From the NCBI GenBank assembly GCA_963708025.1, contig CAVPSB010000013.1, forward strand, positions 192,001 through 256,000: a stretch of DNA of 64,000 nt, written 5' to 3'. Below, piece by piece: positions 47,634 to 57,854 of this stretch. Each line of letters opens with the position of its first letter. Positions within the stretch are counted from its first letter, which is position 1. A program made the position numbers and the translations under genes. The stretch is from an uncultured Candidatus Rokubacteria bacterium (GTDB lineage Bacteria; Methylomirabilota; Methylomirabilia; Rokubacteriales; DASRDR01). Under the pieces are notes generated by a model. The model did no database searches. It saw only the letters and a list, made by a program, of their open reading frames with translations, and was not told the DNA's origin.

Positions 47634-48340
47634 TGCTGACGCTGAGCGACGTCCACGCCCACTACGGCAAGTCCCACGTCCTCCACGGCGTCTCGATCCA
47701 CGTCGGGCCGGGGGAGGTCGTGGGCATCCTCGGCCGGAACGGCGTCGGCAAGAGCACGACGCTCAAGACCATCCTGGGACTCGTGCGGGCCTCCGCCGGG
47801 CGGGTGACCTTCGACGGACACGACGTCACCAGCTGGGCACCCCACCGGGTAGCCCGGAAGGGCATCGCCTACGTTCCAGAAGACCGCCGGATCTTCCGGC
47901 TGCTCACGGTCCTCGAGAACCTCCGCACGGGCCTGGACCGCCCCGACGTCACGCCGGAGCGGCGGCAGGCGCTGCTGGACAAGGTCTACCGCCACTTCCC
48001 GGTGCTGCGGGAGCGCCGCGACCAGGCCGGCGGCACGCTCTCCGGCGGCGAGCAGCAGATGCTCGCGATCGCCCGCGCGATGATGCTCGAGCCGAAGATC
48101 GTCCTCCTCGACGAGCCGACCGAGGGCCTCATGCCGCGCATGGTCGCCCAGATCCGGGAGATCATCGACCTGCTCCGGACCGAAGGCGTGGCGATCCTGC
48201 TGGTGGAGCAGAACGTGCCGCTGACCCTGGCGGTGAGCGAGCGGGTCTACGTGATGGAGAAGGGCACCGTGCGCCACGAGGCCCCGGCGGAGGCCCTTCG
48301 CCGGGACGTCGCCGTGATCCACCAGTACCTCGGGGTCTAG
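47633..48340 (+). CDS. livF: LivF-like ABC ATPase
   Basis: GRNGVGKST, LSGGEQQM, LDEPTEGL, VEQN. Confidence 0.9.
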   Translation: MLTLSDVHAHYGKSHVLHGVSIHVGPGEVVGILGRNGVGKSTTLKTILGLVRASAGRVTFDGHDVTSWAPHRVARKGIAYVPEDRRIFRLLTVLENLRTGLDRPDVTPERRQALLDKVYRHFPVLRERRDQAGGTLSGGEQQMLAIARAMMLEPKIVLLDEPTEGLMPRMVAQIREIIDLLRTEGVAILLVEQNVPLTLAVSERVYVMEKGTVRHEAPAEALRRDVAVIHQYLGV

Positions 48341-49204
48341 ATGCTCGACCTGCTCCTCGTCCAGCTCGTCAACGGCGTCGTGAGCGGCCTGATCCTCGCC
48401 CTGGTGGCGTCGGGGCTGACGCTGATCTTCGGCATCATGGACGTGGTCAACTTCGCCCACGGCGAGCTGTTCATGCTGGGCGCGTACGTGGGCACCACGC
48501 TCGTCCTGACGACGGGCAGCTTCTGGCTGGCGCTGGTGGGCGCGTCGGTGACCATCGCGCTGCTGGGGGCGCTGATGCAGGTGCTGGCCCTCCGGCCGCT
48601 CCTGGGGCGCGACCCCCTCACCACCATCCTGGCGACGTTCGGCCTCTCGCTCGTCCTCCAGAACTACGCCCTCTGGCAGTACGGCCCGGTCGCCCGCAAG
48701 ATCCCGGAGCCGTTCACGGGGCAGTTCCCGCTCTTCTACCTCCAGTACCCCTGGTACCGGATCATCATCGCGGCGCTGTCGGCGGCGATCATCGGTGCCC
48801 TGTGGCTCTTCCTGAAGTACGGGACCTACGGCATCTGGATCCGGGCGACCACGCAGGACCGCGTGATGGCGGCGGCGATGGGCATCCCGGTGCCGTGGGT
48901 GCACACCGGGGTGTTCGCGATCGGCGCCGCGATGGCCGCGGCCAGCGGGGTCCTCTTCGGTCCCCTGGTGGGCGTGAACCACGTGATGGGCGGCGACGTC
49001 ACCCTGCGGGCATTCATCGTGGTGGTCGTGGGGGGGATGGGCAACCTCGGCGGCTCGATCCTGGCCGCGATCTTCATCAGCCTGCTGGAGGCGGTCGCCT
49101 CCCTGTGGGTGAGCCCGGCCCAGGCGGTGATCGTCTCCTTCGTGGTGCTGATCCTCACCCTGCTCTTCCGGCCGACCGGCCTCTTCGTACCGACGCCAAA
49201 ATGA
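48341..49204 (+). CDS. livH: LivH-like permease
   Basis: GLTLIFG, NFAHGE, VVGGMG. Confidence 0.9.
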   Translation: MLDLLLVQLVNGVVSGLILALVASGLTLIFGIMDVVNFAHGELFMLGAYVGTTLVLTTGSFWLALVGASVTIALLGALMQVLALRPLLGRDPLTTILATFGLSLVLQNYALWQYGPVARKIPEPFTGQFPLFYLQYPWYRIIIAALSAAIIGALWLFLKYGTYGIWIRATTQDRVMAAAMGIPVPWVHTGVFAIGAAMAAASGVLFGPLVGVNHVMGGDVTLRAFIVVVVGGMGNLGGSILAAIFISLLEAVASLWVSPAQAVIVSFVVLILTLLFRPTGLFVPTPK

Positions 49205-50154
49205 GCCGGCCCCGCGCGACGACCGCGCACTGGGTCGGGTTCGTGGTGGTGGTGGCGCTCCTGACGCTGGCGCCCCTGGTGCTGCCCCCGTTCTGGCGCC
49301 GGTTCCTGACGGAGATCCTGATCTGGGGTCTCCTGGCCATGTCGTCGGACGTGCTGATCGGCTACACGGGTATGCTCTCCTTCGGCCACTCCGCCTTCTT
49401 CGGCCTGGGGATGTACGGGGCGGCGGCCGCCCTCCTCGCCATCCGGCCGCCGAGCCTCTGGCTGGCCCTCGGCTTCGGGCTGGTCGCGGCCGCCGGCGTC
49501 GCCGTGTTCGTGGCGTACTTCGCGACGCGACTCCGCGACATCTACTTCTCGATCACGACGCTGGTGTTCTCGCAGATCTTCTACGTGATCATCTTCACCT
49601 GGACGGAAGTGACGGGCGGCGAGAACGGGCTCCAGTTCCGCCAGCCCCCGCTGTCCCTGGCGGGCTTCTCGGTGCCGTTCACTCCCCAGACGCTCCACTG
49701 GTTCGTGCTGGCCACCTTGGTCGCCTCCTACCTCCTCCTTCGCCGGATCACCCGCTCCCCGTTCGGGATGGTGCTCCAGGCGATTCGCGAGAACGAGCCA
49801 CGCACCCGGGCGATCGGCTACCCGGTGGAGCGCTACAAGGTGGTGGCCGTGATGCTCTCCGGCCTGTTCGCCGGCCTGGCCGGGGTCCTCTACGCGCTCC
49901 AGAACAAGTTCGCGGCGCCGGATTTCGTCTTCTTCGTCGTATCCGGCGAGGTGGTCATCTTCAACGTCATGGGCGGGATCGGGACGCTGGTGGGCCCAGT
50001 GGTGGGCGCCGGGTTCTTCTTCCTCCTCCGGGAGGCGTTCTCGCGCTACTTCACCGAGTACTACCTGATCCCCGTCGGCCTCATCTTCACGCTGATCGTC
50101 ATCTTCCTGCCCCAGGGGTTCCTCGGCTTCCTGCGGCAAACCCTCAACCGCTAA
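49201..50154 (+). CDS. livM: LivM-like permease
   Basis: GYTGMLSFGH, TGGENG, AIRENE, GGIGT. Confidence 0.9.
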   Translation: MSRPRATTAHWVGFVVVVALLTLAPLVLPPFWRRFLTEILIWGLLAMSSDVLIGYTGMLSFGHSAFFGLGMYGAAAALLAIRPPSLWLALGFGLVAAAGVAVFVAYFATRLRDIYFSITTLVFSQIFYVIIFTWTEVTGGENGLQFRQPPLSLAGFSVPFTPQTLHWFVLATLVASYLLLRRITRSPFGMVLQAIRENEPRTRAIGYPVERYKVVAVMLSGLFAGLAGVLYALQNKFAAPDFVFFVVSGEVVIFNVMGGIGTLVGPVVGAGFFFLLREAFSRYFTEYYLIPVGLIFTLIVIFLPQGFLGFLRQTLNR

Positions 50155-50167
50155 GGGCCGGGGCCCG

Positions 50168-50977
50168 TCAGGCCGGGCGCTGGATCCGCCCCATCAGCCC
50201 CCGCTGGGGATCGTAGCCCACGGTGGCCAGCAGGAAGCAGAGCAGGAAGCACGCCGCGACCACGGCGACGGCCACCAGGTCGAGCTGGCCGTAGAGGGCG
50301 AACCGGATCAGCTCGACCGCGTGGGTGAACGGGTTGACGCGGGCCAGCTGGTAGACGACCTCGGCGCCGGACTCCTGCACCTTCCAGAGCGGGTAGAGGG
50401 CCGACGAGACGAAGAACATCGGGAAGATCACGAAGTTCATCGTGCCGGCGAAGTTCTCGAGCTGGCGGATGTGGACGGACAGGAGAAGGCCGACGGCGCC
50501 CAGCATCATGCCGCCGGCCAGCAAGGCGGGCAGGACCGAGAGCCAGCCCGGCCACGGGAGGTCCACGCGGAAGACGGCGCACAGCGCCAGGAACGCGTAG
50601 GCCTGGAGCACCGACAGCAGCGTCCCCGCCACGAGCTTGCAGAGCAGGAGATACCAGCGCGGGAGGGGCGCCGTCAGCAAGAGCCGCATGACGCCCATCT
50701 CCCGGTCGTAGACCATGGACAGCGACGACTGCATGCCGTTGAACAGGAGCACCATGCCGAGGAGACCGGGCACGACGTAGACCTCGTAGCGGATGTAGGT
50801 CTCGTAGGGCGGGATGATCGAGACCCCGAAGACGTTCTGAAAGCCGGCGGCGAAGACCAGCAGCCACAGCGTCGGCCGCACCACGGCCGAGACGAGCCGG
50901 CCCGTCTGGTGGACGAACTTCAGCACCTCGCGGCTCGAGACCGCGACCAGGCCCAGGAGGGCGTGCCTCGGGGTCAT
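50168..50977 (-). CDS. ABC-2 permease of the PQQ-ADH-associated transporter (PedC/LutF-like)
   Basis: QSSLSMVYDREMG, QLENFAGTMNFVIFPMFF, NPFTHAVELIRFALYG. Confidence 0.85.
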   Translation of the reverse strand: MTPRHALLGLVAVSSREVLKFVHQTGRLVSAVVRPTLWLLVFAAGFQNVFGVSIIPPYETYIRYEVYVVPGLLGMVLLFNGMQSSLSMVYDREMGVMRLLLTAPLPRWYLLLCKLVAGTLLSVLQAYAFLALCAVFRVDLPWPGWLSVLPALLAGGMMLGAVGLLLSVHIRQLENFAGTMNFVIFPMFFVSSALYPLWKVQESGAEVVYQLARVNPFTHAVELIRFALYGQLDLVAVAVVAACFLLCFLLATVGYDPQRGLMGRIQRPA

Positions 50978-50993
50978 GGACGACGGCCGGTCC

Positions 50994-52215
50994 TCAGGAC
51001 CGGCAGCGGCTCTCCGGCTGATCGAAGCCGAGCGTGTCGAGGACGTTCCGGGCGTGGAGGAAGCCGTCCAGCGGGGCCCGCTCGACCACCCAGTTCCCGG
51101 TCGTGAGGAAGAGCGGCTGCCGGAGCTGGCGGTCCCAGGCGCGGAAGCTCTGGCGGGCGCCCTTGAAGCCGTCCAGCGTGACCTGGTCGCCGACCAGGTA
51201 GGCCGCGACCGGGCGGGGCTCGGTGCTCTTCGTCCGGAGCACGGTCTCCACGATGGCCTTGACCGCCATCCAGGCCGACCAGTCGTACCCGGTCATGGGA
51301 CGCCGGGTGAGCCTGGCGAACCGGTTGTTGAGCTGGGGCGCCCCCTGGCGCTCCCACGCCCAGTGCCACCAGTCCGCCACCAGCCCCGCCGCCCCCACCA
51401 CCGGCCGGGGCTTCTGGACCTCGTACGGCACGTCCCGGGCGAACTCGCCGTCGGCCTCGACCACGACCACGACGTCGTAGTCGGCGCCGGCCGTGAGGAG
51501 CGCGACGTTGTTCTGGGCTCGGGCACGGGGATCCCGGTTCAGGACGAACGGCCGCGTGTCCACGACGTTGACCCCGAAGCGCTTGGCCGACCGCTGGAAC
51601 GCGGCGTGGACCTCGGCGTCCTCCGGGCCCGGTCCCTTCAGCACGAGGGCCTGGCGCCACTTCTTCGCCACCAGGAACTGCGCCAGGGCGTCCATCAGCA
51701 TGGCGTGGCTGGGGGCCACGTGGAAGAGGTGCGGCGCGCATCTCTCCTGCCGCAGGTTATCGGCGAGCGCCGTCAGGTTGAAGAGCAGGAGGTCGCGCCC
51801 GCGGGTCTTCTGGGCCAGCGCGGCGACGACCTCGCCCGGCGCGTCGAGGAGGAAGAAGCGGGCGCCGGCCCCGTGGAGCTGCTGGAGCGCCGCCGCCAGG
51901 CTGTCCGCGTCGGCGGCGGTGGCGCGCCGGAGCTCGAACTTCACCCCGGCGGCGGCGCCGGCGAAGTCGGACTCCTCGAGGGCGACGCGCGCGCCGTCGA
52001 ACGGCCGGCCCCAGGGCTGGGCCGGGTACCGGGCGGCGGTGTGCCGCTCCTCGTAGCGGGGGTCGTCCTCGAGCTCGAGATAGCCCATGAGGAGCGGAGG
52101 CGGCTCGCGCCGGCGCGCCGCCGGCAGCGAGCCAGCCGGCAGGCCGCGCGAGCGCCAGCCCGACCAGCGGCCAGGATCCCGAGGCCCGACCGGCCCATCG
52201 TCGACGCCTCGCCAT
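50994..52215 (-). CDS. PQQ-ADH-associated ABC substrate-binding protein (LutA/PedA1-like; signal region frameshifted)
   Basis: LRQERC, PSHAMLMDALAQFL..KKW, SAKRFG, PRPVVG, WHWAWERQGAPQLNNRF, GFKG..SFRAWDRQLRQP, LDTLGFD. Confidence 0.82.
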
Positions 52216-52223
52216 GCGGCGCC

Positions 52224-53225
52224 TCAGTCGTCGACCACGGCCATGTAGGGCACGCGGGCGACCGGGACCGAGCGGCTCACCTTCAGGGTGGCCGTGTCCA
52301 CGACCGACAGGTCGTCGCTCAGCCCGTTGCAGACGTAGAGCGTCTTCTCGTCGCGCGTGAGCACCACGTTCCACGGTCGCTTCCCGACGAGGGCGAAGCC
52401 GATCACCTTGCGGTCCGGCACGCTCACCACCGCCACGTGGTTGGCGCGCCCCAGGCCCACGTACGCGAGCTTGCCGTCCCGTGTCATCGTGATGCCCACC
52501 GGGGTGATCTCGTCCGGCCGAAAGCCCTTGGGCTCGAACCGGATCTCCCCGGTGACCTGGTTCGTGGCGGTGTCGATGATGCTGACGGTCCCGCCGATCT
52601 CGTTGGTGACCCAGAGCGCCTTGAGGTCAGGCGTGAGGGTGAAGCGCCGGGGCCGGTTCCCGACCAGCACGTTGGCGACGACCTTGCGGGTCGCCACGTC
52701 GATCACGTGGACCATGTGCGCCACCTCGGAGGTGACGTACACCAGCTTGCCGTTGGGATGGGCGAGGACGCCCTCCGGCTCGGCGCCGACCTTCACCGTC
52801 GCCACCTTCTTCCGGCTGGCCATGTCGAAGAACGTGAGCTCGGCGTCGTCTTCGTTGCCGACGTACATCATCTTGCCATCCGGCGAGAGGTCGAAGACCT
52901 CGGGGTCGGGGCCCACGTCCAGGTGATCGACGACCTTGAGCGACGCCACGTCGATGACGTCGACGCGATTGGAGTCACTGGCCGCCACGTACAGGAGCTT
53001 CCGGTCGGCGCTGAAGCGGAGGTGCCGGGCGCGGTTGCCGGTCTTGACCAGCGTCACCTTCGCCAGCGTCTTGCCGTCCAGCACGACGACGCCGTGGTCC
53101 CGCTCGCTGCTGACGAAGATGCGGCCGGTGTCCAGGGCGGCCGCCGGCACGGCCAGGGCGAGCGCCAGTCCCGCGAGCAGCCCCGGCAGCACCCACCCGA
53201 TCCCTTCGATGCTCGTACCTCTCAT
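52224..53225 (-). CDS. YVTN beta-propeller, PQQ-catabolism-associated (LutB/PedA2-like)
   Basis: Signal peptide, GPDPE, NEDD, VGAEPEG, TSEVA, VGNRPR, LGRANHVA, NGLSDD. Confidence 0.85.
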   Translation of the reverse strand: MRGTSIEGIGWVLPGLLAGLALALAVPAAALDTGRIFVSSERDHGVVVLDGKTLAKVTLVKTGNRARHLRFSADRKLLYVAASDSNRVDVIDVASLKVVDHLDVGPDPEVFDLSPDGKMMYVGNEDDAELTFFDMASRKKVATVKVGAEPEGVLAHPNGKLVYVTSEVAHMVHVIDVATRKVVANVLVGNRPRRFTLTPDLKALWVTNEIGGTVSIIDTATNQVTGEIRFEPKGFRPDEITPVGITMTRDGKLAYVGLGRANHVAVVSVPDRKVIGFALVGKRPWNVVLTRDEKTLYVCNGLSDDLSVVDTATLKVSRSVPVARVPYMAVVDD

Positions 53226-53286
53226 GAAACCTCCTCCACGAAAGTGCCGGCAGCGCCTCACGGGGTCTTCCGAGATCCCCCGACGT

Positions 53287-54099
53287 CTAGAATTCCCAGT
53301 TGAAGATCGCGATGATCCGGTAGTCGAACTCCTTGGCACTGGTCAGTGGGATCTGGACGCCGCCCCGCACGCTGGTTCGCCGCGGCAGCTTGAAGATTAT
53401 GCCGGGCGTCAGGTACACCTGGGTCCGTCCCACCAGGCTGGGCTCGTCCTCGTCGTCCTCCTGCTCATCGCCGCTTCGGGTCTGGGTGACCAGGTTCAGC
53501 TCCAGGAGCGGCGTCACCCGCCGCCACCCAGTATACGCGGCGGCCAGGTTGACCTGAAGCGACTCGGCCCCCGAGTCGGCGCCGTCGACGATCCACGCGT
53601 AGCTGACCTCGCCGATCAGGTCGATCGGCCCGAGCCCGATCCCGGCGGTGACGTACGGGGTCGCCGTCGTCGACCCGCCCAGGCCCCGGCCCTCGGACCC
53701 GGTCGGCAGCCCGAGCTCGAACCCCACCGCGAGCAGGACCGCGTACTGGATCGATTGGAACACGCGGAACCGGGCATCCAGCGCGATGTCGCCGAGGCCG
53801 ACCTCGTCGGACGCGTCCCGGGGCGACAGATAGACGAGCGGGACCTCCAGGCTGATCGAGAACGGCCGGCCGAACCGCCAGGACAGCTCGACCTCGGTCT
53901 CGAGCTCGCGCCCCTCGCGGCCCTTCTCGTAGCTGACGCTCACTTCCAGCTCGCGCTCGGGCATCGGGCTCCGGGTCACGAGGGGGTCGAAGACCCGGAC
54001 GTCGGGCTCCTCGACGTCCTGGGCCCATGCGCGGGGAGCGACGGCGGTCAGGGTGACGGCGAGGGCGAGGGGCAGGGCGGCGGACATGCGGCGCGGCAT
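53287..54099 (-). CDS. Outer-membrane beta-barrel, MetA/phenol-degradation-like
   Basis: Signal peptide, GLGDIAL, LPTG, YLTPG, GVQIP, terminal NWEF. Confidence 0.75.
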   Translation of the reverse strand: MPRRMSAALPLALAVTLTAVAPRAWAQDVEEPDVRVFDPLVTRSPMPERELEVSVSYEKGREGRELETEVELSWRFGRPFSISLEVPLVYLSPRDASDEVGLGDIALDARFRVFQSIQYAVLLAVGFELGLPTGSEGRGLGGSTTATPYVTAGIGLGPIDLIGEVSYAWIVDGADSGAESLQVNLAAAYTGWRRVTPLLELNLVTQTRSGDEQEDDEDEPSLVGRTQVYLTPGIIFKLPRRTSVRGGVQIPLTSAKEFDYRIIAIFNWEF

Positions 54100-54149
54100 G
54101 GGCCTCCTCGGGATCCGGGACGACGGGACGGAGGGGAGCCGAGCCCCCC

Positions 54150-54515
54150 TCACTCGGCGATCATGACGCCGCTCAGGTTCGGCGTGGAGTCGTCGTCGAC
54201 CAGCTGGTACTTGCCCGGCTTCAATGCCGGCATCTGGAGCCGCAGGGTCTGGCCGGCGCGGACCTTCTTCTCGAGCTTCAGGTTCGGGATGTCCAGCTCG
54301 TGCGTGATGTCGTCGGCGTTCGTCAGGACCAGGACGAACGGGCGGCCGGCCTTCACCTTGAGCTCGGCGGGCACGAACTTGTCCTTCTCCATGGTCAGCT
54401 TGACCTCCACCGGCGCCTGGGCGATCGCCGACGGCACCGGGATCTCCAGAAGGCCCAGGGTGAGCGCGAGCACGAAACCGGCCCCAGCCGTGCGCCTCGT
54501 CATACGACCCTCCAT
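54150..54515 (-). CDS. Periplasmic cupredoxin-like protein (EfeO/FtrB-type) lacking Cys
   Basis: Signal peptide, FVPAELKVKAG, NAD..HE, EK, LKPGKY..DDD, GVMIAE. Confidence 0.78.
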   Translation of the reverse strand: MEGRMTRRTAGAGFVLALTLGLLEIPVPSAIAQAPVEVKLTMEKDKFVPAELKVKAGRPFVLVLTNADDITHELDIPNLKLEKKVRAGQTLRLQMPALKPGKYQLVDDDSTPNLSGVMIAE

Positions 54516-54653
54516 GTCTCTCGTCCTCGTGGTGACCCCGCCCGGGGCCTCGGGAGCGCCCGACAGTCCGCGCCCATCCCGTCTCGCCCTCCCTTACAGG
54601 ATGGGCCACCCGGTGACAAGCCCCAGGTGGCCACCCCGGGGGTGGCCGGGTGG

Positions 54654-55346
54654 CTACGGCTCGGCCGGCGGGGAGCCTGGTGGCAGGTGAAAGTCGCGGA
54701 TCAGGCCGCGACGGACCGCTTCGACCGCGGCTTGCGTGCGGTCGGTGACCTGGAGCTTCTCGATGATGCGCTGGACGTACTTCTTGACGGTGCCGACGCT
54801 GCAGCCCAGGCGGTCCGCGGCCTCCCGGTTGGTGAGCCCGTGGGTGACCAGCGTCAGGACCTGTCGCTCCAGGGGGGTGAGCGGCTCGGCGGTCGCCCAC
54901 GACGGCGGCGACCCGGGCTCCGCCGCCACCGCCTCGACGACGCGGCTCAGGAGGCGCGGATCGATGACGGACCCGCCCTCGAGGACCGCGCGCACGGCCG
55001 CCAGGAGCTCCCGCCGGGTGATCCCCTTCAGCACGTAGCCGCTCGCCCCCAGCTTGATGGCCTCCTGGACGTAGGGGGCATGGTCGTGCATGGTGACGAT
55101 AAGAACCCGCGCGGCGGGGGCGCTCAGCTTGATCCGCCGCAGCACGGTCAGCCCGTCGAGGTCCGGGAGCTGGAGATCGAGCAGGACCAGGTCGGGCGTG
55201 AACTCCGGCACCTTGCGCACGGCCTCCTCGCCGCTCGCGGCCTCCGCCCAGGCGGCGACGTCCTCGGCCAGCATGCTCTTGAGCCCTTCCCGGACCATGG
55301 GGTGGTCGTCGACCGCCAGCACCCGCGGCTTGAGATCAGCCGGCAT
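54654..55346 (-). CDS. NarL/LuxR-family response regulator
   Basis: VDDHPMVREG, LLDLQLPDLDG, GYVLK, LTPLERQVL, NREAA, DRTQAAV. Confidence 0.93.
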   Translation of the reverse strand: MPADLKPRVLAVDDHPMVREGLKSMLAEDVAAWAEAASGEEAVRKVPEFTPDLVLLDLQLPDLDGLTVLRRIKLSAPAARVLIVTMHDHAPYVQEAIKLGASGYVLKGITRRELLAAVRAVLEGGSVIDPRLLSRVVEAVAAEPGSPPSWATAEPLTPLERQVLTLVTHGLTNREAADRLGCSVGTVKKYVQRIIEKLQVTDRTQAAVEAVRRGLIRDFHLPPGSPPAEP

Positions 55347-56319
55347 CGGCCTGGCCGGCCCCACTCCGGAGCGGGATGGTGGCGATCACCCGCGTGCCCC
55401 CGGCCGGCGCGCTGTCGATTCGGCAGGTGCCGCCCAGCAGACGCGCCCGCTCCCGCATGCTCACGAGACCGACGCCCGTGGCCACGCCCGAGTCGGGCGT
55501 GACCCGGAACCCGATCCCGGTGTCCGCGACCTCCACCACCAGCGTGTCGCGACCGGCGCGCAGGGTGACCGTGAGCCGGGAGGCCCGCGCGTGCTTGGCG
55601 GCGTTCGCGAGGGCCTCCTGGACGATGCGGTACACCGCGGTCTCCACCCGGGGCGGGAGCCGCACGTCACCGAGGTCCGAGCCGAGCTCGACCGTCCATC
55701 CCGCCTCGTGGCCGGTCTCCTCGAGCAGGGTCTTCAGCGCCGGGATCAGGCCCAAGGTCTCGAGGGTGGTCGGGCCGAGCGCGGCCAGGAGCCGGCGGGT
55801 CTCCACGATCGCCCGGTCCAGGCGGGTGCAGACCCGCTCCAGCTCGCCCTCCGCCGCCGGGGCCTGGCTGCGCCACAGGGCCTCGAACGTGTCGAGGTGC
55901 TGCTTCGCGCTCACGATCATCGGCGCCACACAGTCGTGGATGTCGTAGGCGACGAGCCGGCGCTCCTCTTCCTGGATGACCCGAAGCCGCTCCATCGCCG
56001 CCGCCAGCGCCTGCTCCTTCTCGTGCAGCGCCGCGATCACGCGCTCCAGCTCCGCCGAGCGCTGGATGGCCTGGTCCATGAGCGCGCTCTTACCCTGCCA
56101 GGCCCGGATGAAGACGAAGGTGCCAGCCAGGATCGCGAGCACCTGGCCTCCGTGCAGCACGAGCCCGAGCCAGAAGCGCATGCTCGAGGGCCCGAAGCGC
56201 TCGAGCGCCCAGATCTCCACGAACTCCTGCCCGGCGACGAGCAGGAACACCGTGGCCAGGACGAGCTCCTTGTGTCGCCCCAGCGTCTCCCCCAGGTTGC
56301 GGCGGCCGGGCCCCGTCAT
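55336..56319 (-). CDS. HisKA_3 sensor histidine kinase with two TM helices
   Basis: EERRLVAYDIHD, RIVQEALANAAKHA, DTGIGF, GLVSMRER, GGT. Confidence 0.92.
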   Translation of the reverse strand: MTGPGRRNLGETLGRHKELVLATVFLLVAGQEFVEIWALERFGPSSMRFWLGLVLHGGQVLAILAGTFVFIRAWQGKSALMDQAIQRSAELERVIAALHEKEQALAAAMERLRVIQEEERRLVAYDIHDCVAPMIVSAKQHLDTFEALWRSQAPAAEGELERVCTRLDRAIVETRRLLAALGPTTLETLGLIPALKTLLEETGHEAGWTVELGSDLGDVRLPPRVETAVYRIVQEALANAAKHARASRLTVTLRAGRDTLVVEVADTGIGFRVTPDSGVATGVGLVSMRERARLLGGTCRIDSAPAGGTRVIATIPLRSGAGQADAG

Positions 56320-56322
56320 CGA

Positions 56323-57069
56323 TCAGCGGCGCTCGCCGCCCTTCCCGGTCAGCTCGATGAAGGCGTCGGCCACCGTGGCCTTTCCGGTCTTCTCCGTCAG
56401 CTCGGCCGGCGTGCCCTCCGACAGGAGCCGCCCCTGATGCAGCACCAGCACGCGATCCGCCCCTTCCGCCTCGTCCACGAGATGGGTCGCCCACAGGACA
56501 CCCAGACCCCGCTCGCGGCATTGGGCGTGAACGTAGTCGAGCAGCGAGCGTCGCGATGCGGGGTCCAGGCCGACCGTCGGCTCGTCCATGAGCAAGAGCC
56601 GCGGGTCGTGCAGGAGGGCCCGGGCCAGCTCCACCTTGCGGCGGTTGCCGCCGCTGAGCGTCCGGCAGAGCCGGTCGGCCTCCGCGGCCAGGCCGAGCCG
56701 CGCCAGCTCCTCCTCGATGCGGGTCCGGGCGCGCCGGCCGCCCAGGCCGTGCAGCCGGGCGTGAAAGCGCAGGTTCCCGCGGACGGTCAGGTCGAGGTCG
56801 AGGGTGGGCTGCTGGAAGACCACCCCGAGCGTGGCCAGGACGGCCACCGCGGAGCGCCGGATGTCCTGCCCGCCGACCGTGATGCGGCCGCCGTCGGCGA
56901 CGAAGAGCCCGGTCAGGAGCTGGAACAGCGTCGTCTTGCCGGCTCCGTTCGGGCCGAGCAGCGCCACGAACTCGCCCGCGTCGACGGCCAGGCTCACCCC
57001 GTCGAGCGCCTTGCGGGAGCCGTACGACTTGCTGGCCCCGTCCACCTGGAGCAGCGGGCCGGGGCTCAC
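56323..57069 (-). CDS. ABC ATPase of the PQQ-ADH-associated transporter (PedB/LutE-like)
   Basis: GPNGAGKTTLFQLLTGL, VFQQPTLDLDLT, LSGGNRRKVE, DEPTVGLD, LWATHL. Confidence 0.85.
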   Translation of the reverse strand: MSPGPLLQVDGASKSYGSRKALDGVSLAVDAGEFVALLGPNGAGKTTLFQLLTGLFVADGGRITVGGQDIRRSAVAVLATLGVVFQQPTLDLDLTVRGNLRFHARLHGLGGRRARTRIEEELARLGLAAEADRLCRTLSGGNRRKVELARALLHDPRLLLMDEPTVGLDPASRRSLLDYVHAQCRERGLGVLWATHLVDEAEGADRVLVLHQGRLLSEGTPAELTEKTGKATVADAFIELTGKGGERR

Positions 57070-57854
57070 GCGGATCCGCCCGCCGGGGGCGCCGGATCGC
57101 CGTGCACCTGTCCCGCCAGCAGCTCGGGATGCGCCCCGAGCACGCGGTCGTGGAGGGCGCCGACGGCGGGGTCCCCGGGCTCCCGGGGCCGGGGGATCTC
57201 CACGGGCAGCTCCATGACCACCCGGCCGGGGCCACTCGACAGGAAGAGCACGCGGTCGGCCACGGCCAGGGCCTCGCGCAGCTCGTGGGTCACGTAGAGC
57301 ACCGTGGGTCGCGTCTCCTGCCAGAGGTCGAGCAGCTGGCGCCGGAGCCGCGACGCGGTCGGCGCGTCGAGCGACACCAGGGGCTCGTCCAGCAGCAAGA
57401 GCTGAGGGCGGATCGCGAAGGCCCGCGCCAGGGCGACCCGGCGCTGCATCCCGCCGGACAGCTGACCGGGAAACGCCCCCTCGACCTCGTCGAGCCCGAC
57501 GTCGCGGATGAGCTTCCGGGCCTGCGTCGTGCTCTCCGGGTCCCGCCCGAGCACCAGCCGCACGTTGTCGAGCACCGTGAGCCAGGGCATCAGGCGCGAG
57601 GCCTGGAACATGACGCCGATCCGGACGGCCGGCTGGCCGTTCCGGTGGGCCCGCTCGCCGTCCAGGTGCACGTCCCCGTCCACGGCGCGGTCGAGGCCCG
57701 CGACGACGTTCAGGAGCGTGCTCTTCCCCGCCCCGGACGGGCCCACGATGGCCACGATCTCGCCCGGCGCCGCGGTGAACCGGAGGTGCTCCAGGGCCGG
57801 GCGGGCGGCGCCGGCGTAGACCTTGCGGCGGATGTCGACCCGGAGTCCGCTCAG
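57066..57854 (-). CDS. NitT/TauT-family ABC ATPase (start CTG 57854 or ATG 57992 inside the repeat)
   Basis: GPSGAGKST, LSGGMQRR, LLDEP, VTH. Confidence 0.88.
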   Translation of the reverse strand: MSGLRVDIRRKVYAGAARPALEHLRFTAAPGEIVAIVGPSGAGKSTLLNVVAGLDRAVDGDVHLDGERAHRNGQPAVRIGVMFQASRLMPWLTVLDNVRLVLGRDPESTTQARKLIRDVGLDEVEGAFPGQLSGGMQRRVALARAFAIRPQLLLLDEPLVSLDAPTASRLRRQLLDLWQETRPTVLYVTHELREALAVADRVLFLSSGPGRVVMELPVEIPRPREPGDPAVGALHDRVLGAHPELLAGQVHGDPAPPAGGSA

